This document shows positions 1-9,351 of a stretch of 64,000 nucleotides of DNA, one piece after another. The notes beneath the pieces were generated by a model. It was not told where the DNA came from. It did not search any database and worked only from the letters and a program-made list of their open reading frames with translations. Source of the stretch: Minisyncoccota bacterium (lineage in GTDB: Bacteria; Patescibacteriota; Minisyncoccia; Moranbacterales; UBA1568); the NCBI GenBank assembly GCA_051306005.1, contig JBPPMJ010000003.1, positions 249,396 to 313,395 on the forward strand. The letters run 5' to 3'. Each line of letters begins with the position of its first letter. Positions within the stretch are counted from its first letter, which is position 1. A program made the translations under genes and the position numbers.

Positions 1-2
1 AT

Positions 3-122
3 ATCCGATCACGCGCGCTGTCCTTTGACAAAGAGCGATTTAAGGCTACAATACAAGACATCATTGAAAAGAGTTTGGCGCAACACCTGCAAGCTCGTCA
101 GATTGTTCCGTTATCACATTGA
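3..122 (+). CDS. 3' end of an upstream gene of unknown function (partial, about 39 codons)
   Basis: A reading frame is open from the window edge to TGA at 120-122 (…DKERFKATIQDIIEKSLAQHLQARQIVPLSH*). No family signal. Confidence 0.2.
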   Translation: MRSRALSFDKERFKATIQDIIEKSLAQHLQARQIVPLSH

Positions 123-137
123 TCACATCATCAACCT

Positions 138-737
138 ATGGAACTCAAAGAATACTTCCGCATTTTCAGAGAACAATCCGTCATCTTTTGGGGGATAACT
201 ATCGCTATTGTGGCGATAGCATTGGTGTGGTATATCAATCAGCCGATACGTTATCAAGCAACCTTGTTGCTCAATATCGGACGTACTGGTACACAAGATA
301 CTCAAGACTATACGTATGATAGTTTCTATCGTCTGCAGGCAGATGAGCGCTTTGCGGATACGGTGGTACGTTGGCTCAGTGCTCCACGTATCGTAGAAGA
401 TATTTATCAGTCAACGGCAGTGGAGGTTTCCTCAAACACCCCTTTTGTCGCCAAACGACTCTCCTCACAAGTTATTGAAGTTACGTATAGCAATGCCAAC
501 GTTCAACCCCTGAAAGATATCGCCATGAATATGACGACTGTTCTCAATCAGTATGCTGTCACACTCAATCAGGGAAACCAAGAAACGAATTGGTTTGTGA
601 TTATCGGAAGTGAGCCGGTTATTACCGATGCACGCATTTCTTTGCCTCTCACATTTGCTGTTGCGGTGGTCTGCGGACTTTTCTTTGGATTTTGGGGAAC
701 ACTCTTTCGTCACTACTGGCAGACAGACAGTAAATAA
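138..737 (+). CDS. Wzz/PCP-like polysaccharide chain-length determinant family protein (short form with two TM helices)
   Basis: N-terminus MELKEYFRIFREQSVIFWGITIAIVAIALVWY…PIRYQA resembles the Wzz N-terminal TM segment plus P-x-Y-x-A region. A second TM helix at the C-terminus (PLTFAVAVVCGLFFGFWGTLF) flanks a periplasmic domain of about 150 aa. Confidence 0.5.
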   Translation: MELKEYFRIFREQSVIFWGITIAIVAIALVWYINQPIRYQATLLLNIGRTGTQDTQDYTYDSFYRLQADERFADTVVRWLSAPRIVEDIYQSTAVEVSSNTPFVAKRLSSQVIEVTYSNANVQPLKDIAMNMTTVLNQYAVTLNQGNQETNWFVIIGSEPVITDARISLPLTFAVAVVCGLFFGFWGTLFRHYWQTDSK

Positions 738-815
738 TAAGAGAGACAAGTGTAGTCAAAAGCAAAACAAAGTACAAAGACGATACAGAAAAGATTTACT
801 CAGCATGTACGGATT

Positions 816-1979
816 ATGCGCATAGGGATTGATGTACGATGTTTGGCAGAAGGCAAACATACCGGAGTGGAAGAATATACCATTGCGTTGCTTCAGGATT
901 TGTTTCGGCTGGATCACAAAAACGAATATATTCTTTTTTTCAATGCATGGAAGCGGACAGCACCAGATTTTCAGTGGGCGACTCAGCACCCTCATGTTAC
1001 TTTGAAAACCTTTCATTTTCCCAACAAACTCCTGAATATGGCGTTGTGGTATGTGCGTTTCCCCAAGCTTGATCGTTTGCTGGGAGGTGTAGACGTGTTT
1101 TTTTTACCCAATTTGAACTTTGTGGCGTTGTCGGCACGCACGAAATTGGTCGTAACCGCTCATGATCTTTCCTTTGAATTATTTCCAGAGACTTTTTCAT
1201 GGAAACGGCGTTTTTGGCACTTTCTGATTGATTTTCGTCGTTTGGTGCGCAGAGCCGATCAGGTTATCGCCGTGTCTCAATCTACCAAGGATGACGTGAT
1301 AACATACTATGCAATAGCTTCCGAGAAAGTAAGCGTGATTCCGAGCGGTATAGACAATCGCTTTCACCCGATGAGTCGCAATGATACAGAGCTGGTTCGG
1401 GTTCAAGAAAAATATCATTTACCCTATCGTTGTATTTTGGCGTTGGCGACACTCGAACCACGCAAGAATATCATCGCTTTGTTGCGCAGTTATGAGGCGC
1501 TCCGTCGTCTCAACAATCCTGTATTGGATAAATACGCTCTCGTTATCGCCGGCACACCTGGTTGGAAAGACAAAGAAATCTTGCAAGAAATAGAACAATC
1601 TCCCTATCGGAAAAATATTGTGTTGCCTGGTTTCATCGCCGATGCAGACAAGACAGCGCTCTACAATCTGGCAAGCGTCTTTGTATACCCTTCTCTGTAT
1701 GAAGGATTTGGCTTCCCTCCTTTGGAAGCGATGGCATGCGGAGTGCCAGTGATTGCGTCACACTCTTCATCTTTACCAGAAGTGGTGGGGGATGCCGGTG
1801 TTTTGATTGATCCCTATCAGCCCGATGAGCTTTTGCAGGCTTTGCAACAAGTATTGTTGTTTCCGGAATTTGGTGAAACACTTCGACAAAGAGGCATCAA
1901 CCGTGCCAAGCTTTTTTCTTGGAAAAAATCAGCGCAAGCGACACTGCATATTTTTCAGCATCTTATCATTCACAAATAA
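816..1979 (+). CDS. GT4-family (GT-B fold) glycosyltransferase
   Basis: The C-terminal EX7E region is [39 protein letters not shown]. The N-terminus is [10 protein letters not shown], typical of GT4. Confidence 0.85.
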   Translation: MRIGIDVRCLAEGKHTGVEEYTIALLQDLFRLDHKNEYILFFNAWKRTAPDFQWATQHPHVTLKTFHFPNKLLNMALWYVRFPKLDRLLGGVDVFFLPNLNFVALSARTKLVVTAHDLSFELFPETFSWKRRFWHFLIDFRRLVRRADQVIAVSQSTKDDVITYYAIASEKVSVIPSGIDNRFHPMSRNDTELVRVQEKYHLPYRCILALATLEPRKNIIALLRSYEALRRLNNPVLDKYALVIAGTPGWKDKEILQEIEQSPYRKNIVLPGFIADADKTALYNLASVFVYPSLYEGFGFPPLEAMACGVPVIASHSSSLPEVVGDAGVLIDPYQPDELLQALQQVLLFPEFGETLRQRGINRAKLFSWKKSAQATLHIFQHLIIHK

Positions 1980-2060
1980 GGAGTTTGATTTTTCATTTTT
2001 TGTATTATACAATAGCAGTGGAGATAATATATCTTTGTGTAAATTGTTGTAAAAAATAAT

Positions 2061-3428
2061 ATGGCAAAAACAAAAAACCAGGGTATGGGGATAATGGCTT
2101 CCGTGGTCATTGTTTTTTTGGCATTCAGTTCTTTTCTGGGGATTTCAGCCATTGTCACACACAATAGATTGACTCTATTACCAAATTCTTGGGCAGATGA
2201 TGAAAGAGATTCGGAAGAAGAAGATGAAGAAGAAGAAAATGAAGATTCGGAAGAGCCGGAAGAAAAAGAAGAAAATGAAGATTCAAAAAAGCAAGAAGAA
2301 ACCAAGAAAAAGAATGATGAACAGAGAAGAGAGCAGGAGAAAAAAGATGCGGAAAGAAAGTTGGAGTCTCAAAAGAAGGTAGCCGAAAAAATATACGAGA
2401 AAGAAGATGAAGGAGAGGAATATGAAGACGATGAAGTCAAAGATGACACTGAATCGGAAGATGTACCGGAGAGCGAACACGGTATGTATCAAGAAAAGGA
2501 CAAGACTCTTTTGAAATTACGTCAGGATATAGTGGAAGCCCAAAAGCATCTTTTGGAAAAACAGAAGGAGGGTACGGATACTTCATCGGCTTTGACACGT
2601 CTGAACTTGGCAGAGTCTGATTTGGAAAAAATAAGCATCGCTTTTGATACCAACAATTTGGAAGAAGCCAAAATGTTGACCAAGCAGGTTAAGAGGACAA
2701 CTCACTCTGTTCAAGAGGATTTGCACGATACCAAAAAAATTGCTGAAGAGATATCCAAAGTAGAAAAGCGCTTTGCTCAAGTAGCTGAAAAAATAGTCAT
2801 ACTGAATGATTTGCACGGCGATACGACTCTCTTCAAAAATCAACTTTCTTATTTGCAAGCAGATTTTTCTTTTTTTACGACTTTGTTGAGTATGTATCCC
2901 GATACGGTAACCCGTGATACAATCAGAGTCTTTGAAAAACGCGTGCAACGTTTGCAAAGTTTGATAGAAGCAAATATCATCGTTTTAGGAGGAGATGATG
3001 ACATATTGAAGCATTACGATGATGAGGCAGATGAGCTTTTCAAGGATATGGAATATGTCGCAGATTTTGTAGATGGGGATGACAATAATGTTTCCCACCA
3101 AGTGAGGGGCATAGCAACCGAACAAAAAATCGATTCCGTGATTCTGAAACAAAAATTGGCAGAAGCGAATTCGCGCAGTGCTTTGACCAAGACTTTGTTT
3201 GGTCCCGAAAGTGATGCTCTCGCTGTATTGAGTACCCAGGCGACGGCGATTGATAATCGGGCGACCACATTAGAAAATGTTGCCACTCAAATGACGGATC
3301 CCGCTGTCAAAGAAATCTTGATGAGTCAGGTATCAGTGTTGCGCAGTGAAGCCACCAAGTTACAGGCCTATATCACTGCTGAAAATAACACGTTTAATTT
3401 CGCTCACTGGTTTGCGAAGCTTTTCTAG
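2061..3428 (+). CDS. Hypothetical membrane-anchored protein with an acidic low-complexity region and long predicted coiled coil
   Basis: It has an N-terminal TM helix (IMASVVIVFLAFSSFLGISAIV) followed by the D/E-rich block DDERDSEEEDEEEENEDSEEPEEKEENEDSKK. The rest is K/E/Q-rich heptad-like sequence. I recognise no catalytic motif. Confidence 0.55.
   Translation: MAKTKNQGMGIMASVVIVFLAFSSFLGISAIVTHNRLTLLPNSWADDERDSEEEDEEEENEDSEEPEEKEENEDSKKQEETKKKNDEQRREQEKKDAERKLESQKKVAEKIYEKEDEGEEYEDDEVKDDTESEDVPESEHGMYQEKDKTLLKLRQDIVEAQKHLLEKQKEGTDTSSALTRLNLAESDLEKISIAFDTNNLEEAKMLTKQVKRTTHSVQEDLHDTKKIAEEISKVEKRFAQVAEKIVILNDLHGDTTLFKNQLSYLQADFSFFTTLLSMYPDTVTRDTIRVFEKRVQRLQSLIEANIIVLGGDDDILKHYDDEADELFKDMEYVADFVDGDDNNVSHQVRGIATEQKIDSVILKQKLAEANSRSALTKTLFGPESDALAVLSTQATAIDNRATTLENVATQMTDPAVKEILMSQVSVLRSEATKLQAYITAENNTFNFAHWFAKLF
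2197..2300 (+). repeat. Imperfect GAA/GAT-rich coding tandem repeat (unit gaaaatgaagattc occurs twice) encoding the acidic tract
   Basis: The string gaaaatgaagattcggaagagccggaagaaaaagaagaaaatgaagattc is readable directly. It creates a spurious Lys-rich ORF (2197..2382) in another frame. Confidence 0.45.
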
Positions 3429-3447
3429 GACACCATCCAATTCTAGC

Positions 3448-3476
3448 TTGACATTTATGCAAAAAAGTGCTATTAT
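3448..3476 (+). promoter_or_regulatory. Sigma70-like promoter (TTGACA-17-TATTAT) for the gene at 3558
   Basis: TTGACA lies at 3448-3453, followed by a 17-nt spacer and TATTAT at 3471-3476. A GGGAGG Shine-Dalgarno precedes the ATG at 3558. Confidence 0.5.
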
Positions 3477-3557
3477 AAAAAGCTACTTTTGACTGGTTCA
3501 AAAGTATGACAAAATGGTTCTTTGAACATATGATGATTTTCTTGGGAGGATATATCC

Positions 3558-4175
3558 ATGAAACTGAAGCATTGCGTCATCGCCTCTGTTGCAACCGTGA
3601 CCTGCTGGACGTCCGATGTCCACGCTGATGAAGAAACTCCTCAAAAAGAGGAATCCTGGTTTTCGGGTTCATTACAAACCACGCGTTACGGTCAGGATTA
3701 TCAACCGTGGGAAGTATATGGCGAGGGGGAATTGACAGAGAAGCTTTCTGGGACCGTGGATATCATTACCGCACACGGGTACACAGAAGTGACAGCTGGT
3801 CTGGCCTACTATATTACACCGAATTTTGAAGTCGGCTTGAGTGTCGGTGGGGCACGGTATCTATCCGATACAGACAACAATGAAAGTATCCATCGGACGA
3901 TTGCGGGGTTTGTCTATCTGGCAACAGACAAGACGGTTACCGAAGTGACCGTGGAGCATTATGCGGATGATACCAATCCCTGGTACTACCAAGCATACAC
4001 AGAGTATGCTATCAGCGATGATGTCATGGTCGGTGTATACGGAGAGAAAGGTCCAGGTATCGGTCCGCGCGTCAGTTGGTCTCCAGGAGAACACGTCAGT
4101 CTCTGGATGGCGGTTCCGCTTGTTGATAGTGATACGGAAACATCAATGGTCGGTGGTATACGGATCACTTTCTAA
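3558..4175 (+). CDS. Secreted beta-barrel-like protein (signal peptide; OmpW/OmpA-like 8-strand pattern; C-terminal Phe)
   Basis: A signal peptide (MKLKHCVIASVATVTCWTSDVHA) leads the protein. Alternating hydrophobic/polar stretches follow (YYITPNFEVGLSVGGARYL, VMVGVYGEK). The terminal strand VGGIRITF ends in Phe, as in outer-membrane beta-barrels. Confidence 0.45.
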   Translation: MKLKHCVIASVATVTCWTSDVHADEETPQKEESWFSGSLQTTRYGQDYQPWEVYGEGELTEKLSGTVDIITAHGYTEVTAGLAYYITPNFEVGLSVGGARYLSDTDNNESIHRTIAGFVYLATDKTVTEVTVEHYADDTNPWYYQAYTEYAISDDVMVGVYGEKGPGIGPRVSWSPGEHVSLWMAVPLVDSDTETSMVGGIRITF

Positions 4176-4200
4176 GAAGCAACTTTGTCCATCAGACAAC

Positions 4201-4239
4201 CAACCTGTGTTCGCATGTTCGAATACAGGTTGTTTTTTT
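4201..4239 (+). terminator. Rho-independent terminator after the gene ending at 4175
   Basis: An 8-bp stem (caacctgt / acaggttg) encloses a 16-nt loop and is followed by TTTTTTT at 4233-4239. Confidence 0.6.
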
Positions 4240-4284
4240 GCGCGTTTTTATGATATACTTTCAGAGTAGCGTTATTATATCGTT

Positions 4285-5220
4285 ATGGATAAGAAATCAA
4301 AATTATTCTTCTTGATTTTTTTCCTGATTCTTACGGGAACAATCATGGTGACGTACTATCGGTATGTCGTGTTACATGACTACATAATTCAAGGAAGGTC
4401 AGAGTGTGATCCCTTTACCGAAGCCTGTTTCCTGTCTGTTTGTGACTCTGCGTCTGGTGAAGAATGTGCCAACAACACAGAAGAAGACACCACCTATTAT
4501 AAATTACAACAACGGAATGCTAAAAACATTCCGTTTTGTTATTCTCAGGACGAAAATTGCGATATGTGGACTTGTTCTCCTGATGAAAAAGATTGTTATG
4601 TTACTTTGTGCGATGAGACGACGGCACTAGCAGAAGACACCTCATGCAATGACCCCGTGTCTTACACTGCAGAGCATCCTCCTGAAGAAATGCTCGCAGA
4701 AGAAGATACAGAAAACCAAGAGGACTCAGTATCGGCAGAGACGGAATATTATGAGAGTAAAGATTTTTCTTTTGGTATTACGTACCCCGTTGAATGGATG
4801 CGGGCGGAGATGTCTGAGGCACGTGGTGATACGGATCGTGGAATACTGTTGTTGGAACAAACAGAAGAAACGGTGGATGCAGATTCTGCTTTGATAACCA
4901 TCATCTTTACGCCCGATATCACTCAAGTAACCCATACTTCACCAGACGCTCCACAAGATATCATTGAATACGGACAAGACCCGATGTTTACCGCCGTCCG
5001 TCCCATAACCTTCAACGGAGAGACAGCATTTATCGGGACACTTTCTGCCGATGCAAGTCAGAAAATCATTGTTATCAAGCACAAGCAACATATCTATCAA
5101 ATCCGTTATGACGGTTTGGGTGATCACATGGCTGAAATTGATACCGCTATTCAGTCCTTTGTTTTCCTCGATACCCAATCAGCGGAGAAACTTGTCAATA
5201 CGTCGATCGAAGCGCATTGA
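4285..5220 (+). CDS. Hypothetical membrane-anchored protein with a Cys-rich extracytoplasmic module
   Basis: It has an N-terminal TM helix (LFFLIFFLILTGTIMVTYY). About 12 Cys fall within about 100 aa (CDPFTEACFLSVCDSASGEEC…CYSQDENCDMWTCSPDEKDCYVTLCDE…SCNDP). Confidence 0.5.
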   Translation: MDKKSKLFFLIFFLILTGTIMVTYYRYVVLHDYIIQGRSECDPFTEACFLSVCDSASGEECANNTEEDTTYYKLQQRNAKNIPFCYSQDENCDMWTCSPDEKDCYVTLCDETTALAEDTSCNDPVSYTAEHPPEEMLAEEDTENQEDSVSAETEYYESKDFSFGITYPVEWMRAEMSEARGDTDRGILLLEQTEETVDADSALITIIFTPDITQVTHTSPDAPQDIIEYGQDPMFTAVRPITFNGETAFIGTLSADASQKIIVIKHKQHIYQIRYDGLGDHMAEIDTAIQSFVFLDTQSAEKLVNTSIEAH

Positions 5221-7039
5221 CGATGACAACGATGTCAATACATTCTTGGATAATGGCACCGGAGAGAGGGGAAATATAGCCGAGAGATGCCAGAAGCATG
5301 CCAAATACTGAGAGCCCTATACCAATGATGATACTTTGTAGCGCGACGGTATATGAACGGCGTCCGATATGGATAGCATCACGGATGAGCCATGCATCTC
5401 GTCCAAAAATAGCAACGTCCGCTGCCTCAATTGAAGCGCTATTCTCTGTTCCGGAGAAAACAATACCGATATCCGCCAGTGCGAGTGCTGGCGCGTCGTT
5501 CATCCCGTCACCCACCATCCCGACTAATTTTCCTTCTGCCTGATGACGTTGGATGAGAGCAGTTTTGGTCTCTGGACGGCAGTCAGCGTAGATTGGCAAT
5601 TTGAACGGACCAAATATCCGTTCCGCATTGACCTTTCTGTCACCGGTCAAGATGCCGAGCGTGTAACCTCGTTCTTGTAGGTACGTGAACAATTCATCGG
5701 CATCGGACTTGAGAATATCATCAAAAAAGAAACGAGCGATCAGGCGGGATTCATGATGAAGGTCAACATTCAGATCAACCACGATACCACTTTCGGTGTT
5801 GTCTTGAGCGCGGATGATACGATATGATGTACCATTGACCGTTCCAAAAATACCTTCGCCCATTTTCTCTGTAACATTCTGAGCATCCGGAATATCTGTC
5901 AAGGACACTGTAAAAGCTTTATTGAACGCTTTGGCGATGGGATGAAACGAATAGCGCTCCAGGGCAACGGCGATAGCGAGTGCGTCATCTTGGGAGTAGG
6001 TATGATCATGGACTATTATTTTTTTGAGATGAGGTTCTCCGAGAGTGAGTGTCCCCGTTTTATCAAAGAAAAATGTTTTGGTTTTTGCGAGAAGCTCCAG
6101 AACAAACGGACTTTTGATAATGATATTTTTGCGCGCAGCTTTGTTGAGTCCGCCGATAAAACTCACGGGTACAGCGATAAGGAGGGGACACGGTGTCGCA
6201 ATGACCAGGACTGCGAGAAAACGTTGCCAGTCATTCGTAACCCCATAAGCTCCAATGGCGAGTGCCAACGCAAAGAAAGTAAAGAAAAAATTATAACGTT
6301 CCGCCAAACGTACCATTGGTGAAGGGTGTTGTTTCCCTTCCTCTACCAACGACAAAATTTTGCGATATCCAGAACTCTCAAAATTACCTATGACTTCTAT
6401 CTGCAGAGCCTCACCGACATTAATAGATCCACTTTGTAGAATAGATTTTTCTCGATAAGTGACCGGCTCTATCTCTCCCGTCAAATTGGCTTCGTTGAGA
6501 ATGGCCCGTTTGGATATGAGTTTTCCCTCAAAAGCCAACATTTCTTGGGGACGGATTATCAAAACATCACCATTATTGACGGATTGAATGGGCATTTCAA
6601 TTGTATTGTCACCCCGTTGCACCAAAACTTTTTTGGGAATATTGGCAAAGAGACCACGCAGGGTTTTTTCGGCATGACTCGAGCCGTATTTTTCAAGTCC
6701 GGCACTGACCGCTATCATGAGAGAAATAACAGCCCCAGCCAAGATAGCATCCAACCAGAGTGCCGTGATGAGCGTGAGAAAAGCGAGGTAGTCCAAGTTC
6801 CATTTGTTCATCCTGATCCGTTCGTAGGATTCACCCAAGAGTTGCACGATGCCAATGAGAATGGCAATACCATAAAACCATGAGATACCCGACACAAATG
6901 CAGTGAGAATACTTATACAGACCAATAAAGGGAAGCGAAATTCCCGACTACGCACAATATCCAACAAACTAATCATATAAGAAAGACACCAAAAGATTAT
7001 ATTGTCTATTGTATCAGAAAATACGTTAAAAAAATGCAA
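5195..7039 (-). CDS. Cation-transporting P-type ATPase (no N-terminal metal-binding domain)
   Basis: It carries the TGE loop (NLTGEIEP), the DKTGTLT phosphorylation motif (FFFDKTGTLTLG) and the GDGxNDxP hinge (MVGDGMNDAPALALADIGIVF). A PCP-like TM motif (ATPCPLL) is present. The track start at 7039 is a TTG only 2 nt from the divergent wzt ATG. An internal ATG at about 6976 (MISLLDIV…) is the more likely start. Confidence 0.85.
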   Translation of the reverse strand: MHFFNVFSDTIDNIIFWCLSYMISLLDIVRSREFRFPLLVCISILTAFVSGISWFYGIAILIGIVQLLGESYERIRMNKWNLDYLAFLTLITALWLDAILAGAVISLMIAVSAGLEKYGSSHAEKTLRGLFANIPKKVLVQRGDNTIEMPIQSVNNGDVLIIRPQEMLAFEGKLISKRAILNEANLTGEIEPVTYREKSILQSGSINVGEALQIEVIGNFESSGYRKILSLVEEGKQHPSPMVRLAERYNFFFTFFALALAIGAYGVTNDWQRFLAVLVIATPCPLLIAVPVSFIGGLNKAARKNIIIKSPFVLELLAKTKTFFFDKTGTLTLGEPHLKKIIVHDHTYSQDDALAIAVALERYSFHPIAKAFNKAFTVSLTDIPDAQNVTEKMGEGIFGTVNGTSYRIIRAQDNTESGIVVDLNVDLHHESRLIARFFFDDILKSDADELFTYLQERGYTLGILTGDRKVNAERIFGPFKLPIYADCRPETKTALIQRHQAEGKLVGMVGDGMNDAPALALADIGIVFSGTENSASIEAADVAIFGRDAWLIRDAIHIGRRSYTVALQSIIIGIGLSVFGMLLASLGYISPLSGAIIQECIDIVVIVNALRSTY

Positions 7040-7041
7040 AA

Positions 7042-8370
7042 ATGCAAAAAATAAGGTACAATAGACAGATGATGAACAAAGATATTGCCATTTCAGTCAA
7101 AAACGTCAGCAAGGCCTTTCGTATACCTCACGAGAAAGTGAGTAGTGTTCGTGGTGCAGTTGTTTCGGCATTCAATAGAAATAGGGGCTATGAAGAATTC
7201 CAAGCCCTTGACGATGTTTCTTTTGAAGTGAAGAAAGGGGAATTCTTTGGCATCATTGGACGCAATGGAAGCGGTAAAAGCACGCTTCTGAAGGTCCTTG
7301 CCAGCATCTATCAAGCAGATAGTGGAAAAGTACAGATAAGCGGTCTCATATCGCCATTTTTGGAGCTCGGAATAGGTTTCAATCCCGAACTCTCTGGCAG
7401 GGACAATGTCTATCTGAACGCCACCGTGCTGGGAATGACTAAAAAGCAGATTGATGAGAAATTTGATGCTATCGTAGCATTTTCCGAGCTGGAGCGCTTC
7501 ATTGATCAGAAATTGAAGAATTATAGCAGTGGGATGCAGGTCCGTCTCGCTTTCTCCGTCTCCATCTACGCGAATCGCGATATACTGCTTATGGACGAGG
7601 TACTGGCTGTGGGGGACAGCAATTTTCAGAGTAAGTGTTTGGAGGAATTTGCCAAATATCGAGATATGGGGCGGACCGTCATCATCGTCACTCATGACAT
7701 CTCTGTCGTACAGAGGTATTGTGATCGAGCGATGCTCCTCCGCAATGGAAAGATCCTGAAAATCGGAAAAGCTGAAGAAGTGGGCAACGCCTATGTCTAT
7801 GAGAATATGAGCGACGAAGAACGACGGATGGTAGATGAACAGAAACAAAAATTGGAAAACGCCGAGAAGAATCTGAAAAATTTGAGAGGCAAAGAACTCG
7901 TGAGGGAAAAGCAGAGAATCGCGGAAGAAAAGAAGAAGCTCGAAGAAGAACGCAAAAACAAAGTCGCCGAAATAACGAAAGTAGAATTTTTGGACAAAAA
8001 TGGGAATATAAAGAATGTTTTTGAAACAGGGGACGATATTACGGCTAGGATATACTACTCAGCAAAAAAGAAAATAGAAAAACCAGTGTTTGGAGTCGCT
8101 ATTCATACCTCTGAAGGAATTCTTATTACTGGACCAAATACCAAAACATCGAATGTTAATATAGATTATGTTGAGAGTGATAGTTATATAGATTTTATAA
8201 TTTTAGGCAATAAACTTTTTACAGGTAACTATAGATTTACGGCAGCGATTTTTAATTGGGAATGTATAATACCATTTGACTTTAAGGATAGGGCATATGT
8301 CTTTAAGGTCGTTTCTCAAGAAGAAAATCAGAATGGTTTAATGAAAATGGATGTGCTATGGAAAAAATAA
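7042..8370 (+). CDS. wzt: Wzt/TagH/KpsT-type polysaccharide-export ABC transporter ATP-binding protein with a C-terminal coiled-coil and putative carbohydrate-binding extension
   Basis: The N-terminal domain matches this family: VKNVSKAFRIP…LDDVSFEVKKGEFFGIIGRNGSGKSTLL (Walker A). It continues LISPFLELGIGFNPELSGRDNVYLN and NYSSGMQVRLAFSV, the ABC signature. It also has ILLMDEVLAVGDSNFQ (Walker B) and IIVTHD (H-loop). About 170 extra C-terminal residues follow. These are a K/E coiled coil and then a beta-rich segment, similar in size and position to the Wzt C-terminal glycan-binding domain. Confidence 0.85.
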   Translation: MQKIRYNRQMMNKDIAISVKNVSKAFRIPHEKVSSVRGAVVSAFNRNRGYEEFQALDDVSFEVKKGEFFGIIGRNGSGKSTLLKVLASIYQADSGKVQISGLISPFLELGIGFNPELSGRDNVYLNATVLGMTKKQIDEKFDAIVAFSELERFIDQKLKNYSSGMQVRLAFSVSIYANRDILLMDEVLAVGDSNFQSKCLEEFAKYRDMGRTVIIVTHDISVVQRYCDRAMLLRNGKILKIGKAEEVGNAYVYENMSDEERRMVDEQKQKLENAEKNLKNLRGKELVREKQRIAEEKKKLEEERKNKVAEITKVEFLDKNGNIKNVFETGDDITARIYYSAKKKIEKPVFGVAIHTSEGILITGPNTKTSNVNIDYVESDSYIDFIILGNKLFTGNYRFTAAIFNWECIIPFDFKDRAYVFKVVSQEENQNGLMKMDVLWKK

Positions 8371-9332
8371 ACGAAGAGCAATTGAGAAGAGATATGGTTT
8401 TTCATTTATATGGAAGATTTTCTTTTATTAAGGAAATAATCAATAAAAACCGTATTGCAAATGAAAAACTAAAAATACTGGATGTGGGTGGTCGCGGAAA
8501 CTTGTTGAAGCAGTTTTTTCCTAACGACGCTGTTTTTTATTTAGATCCATTTATTGATTCTACTGATGAGAACTTCATCAAGGGAGATGGTTGTGCCATG
8601 CCTCTTGAAAATGAGAGCTTTGATTGGGTAGTTTCTACGGATGTATTTGAACATATACCACAGGAAAAACGAGAAGATTTTTTAAACGAGAAGATTCGCA
8701 TTGCAAAACGAGGTGTTATCTTGGTAGCGCCATTCTATACGCCTGAGGTTGCGCAAGCAGAAATAAATGCCAACGAAAATTATAAATTACTCCATAATGG
8801 AGATGATCATATCTGGCTACGAGAGCATATAGAAAATGGACTTCCTGATCCAGTGAATTTTGAACAATCCCTGAAGAATAAGAATCTTCCATTTCAAAAA
8901 TTACATAACAATAGATTGTTCTTATGGCAAACCCTTTTAGGTATTGAGTTTCTAATTGATGAAAATCATACCGAGAATACAAATAGGTATTTTGAAGATT
9001 TTAATTATTTTTACAATACTGAAGTAGCTCCATATGATAATCAGGAACCATCGTATAGAAAAATATATTTTATCAAAAAAGACAAAGTTTTACAGAATAT
9101 TGAAGTAACCAGTAAAACACTTGATGATAAGTTATTTTTAAAGGCAATTAAGAATGGGATAGATGTAGTTAATAGAATTTATCTTGAGAATAGAGTATCT
9201 AGAGATCAAGAAATACTGAAATGTAATGAGACTATCAATCAAAAAGATCAAGAACTTACTTTGGTTAAGTCATCAAAGTTTTGGAGAATAAGAGATTATT
9301 ATATTAAGATTAAAAATTTTTGGCATGGATAA
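8358..9332 (+). CDS. Class I SAM-dependent methyltransferase (Methyltransf_11/23-like)
   Basis: Motif I is KILDVGGRGNLLKQ and the post-I acidic residue is in FYLDP. Motif II/III is DWVVSTDVFEHIPQEKREDFLNEKIRIAKRGVILVAPF. It overlaps the wzt stop by 13 nt. The C-terminal tail is SSKFWRIRDYYIKIKNFWHG. Confidence 0.75.
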   Translation: MEKINEEQLRRDMVFHLYGRFSFIKEIINKNRIANEKLKILDVGGRGNLLKQFFPNDAVFYLDPFIDSTDENFIKGDGCAMPLENESFDWVVSTDVFEHIPQEKREDFLNEKIRIAKRGVILVAPFYTPEVAQAEINANENYKLLHNGDDHIWLREHIENGLPDPVNFEQSLKNKNLPFQKLHNNRLFLWQTLLGIEFLIDENHTENTNRYFEDFNYFYNTEVAPYDNQEPSYRKIYFIKKDKVLQNIEVTSKTLDDKLFLKAIKNGIDVVNRIYLENRVSRDQEILKCNETINQKDQELTLVKSSKFWRIRDYYIKIKNFWHG

Positions 9333-9351
9333 AAGTTTTTATTGAATATTT

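Noticed and set aside
2197-2382. Lys-rich 61-aa ORF (MMKEIRKKKMKKKKMK…).
   Set aside because: It is an alternative-frame reading of the GAA/GAT-rich acidic tract of the 2061..3428 gene, so it is a low-complexity frame artefact.
4244-4284. Candidate promoter (TTGCGC / TATACT) upstream of the gene at 4285.
   Set aside because: The spacer between the candidate boxes is only about 10 nt. It is probably a fortuitous AT-rich sequence after the terminator.
5195-7039. Taking the full TTG-initiated 614-aa ORF as the ATPase N-terminus.
   Set aside because: This start is 2 nt from the divergent wzt ATG and uses a rare start codon. An internal ATG at about 6976 gives a conventional TM1 start. I report the ORF extent but flag the start.
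7093-7848. 251-aa minus-strand ORF inside wzt. Similar long antisense ORFs occur at 14551..15126, 13452..13877, 23327..23830, 30669..31097 and 63177..63815.
   Set aside because: Each lies entirely within a gene on the opposite strand that has strong family-specific motifs. Their translations are low-complexity and motif-free, so they are shadow ORFs.
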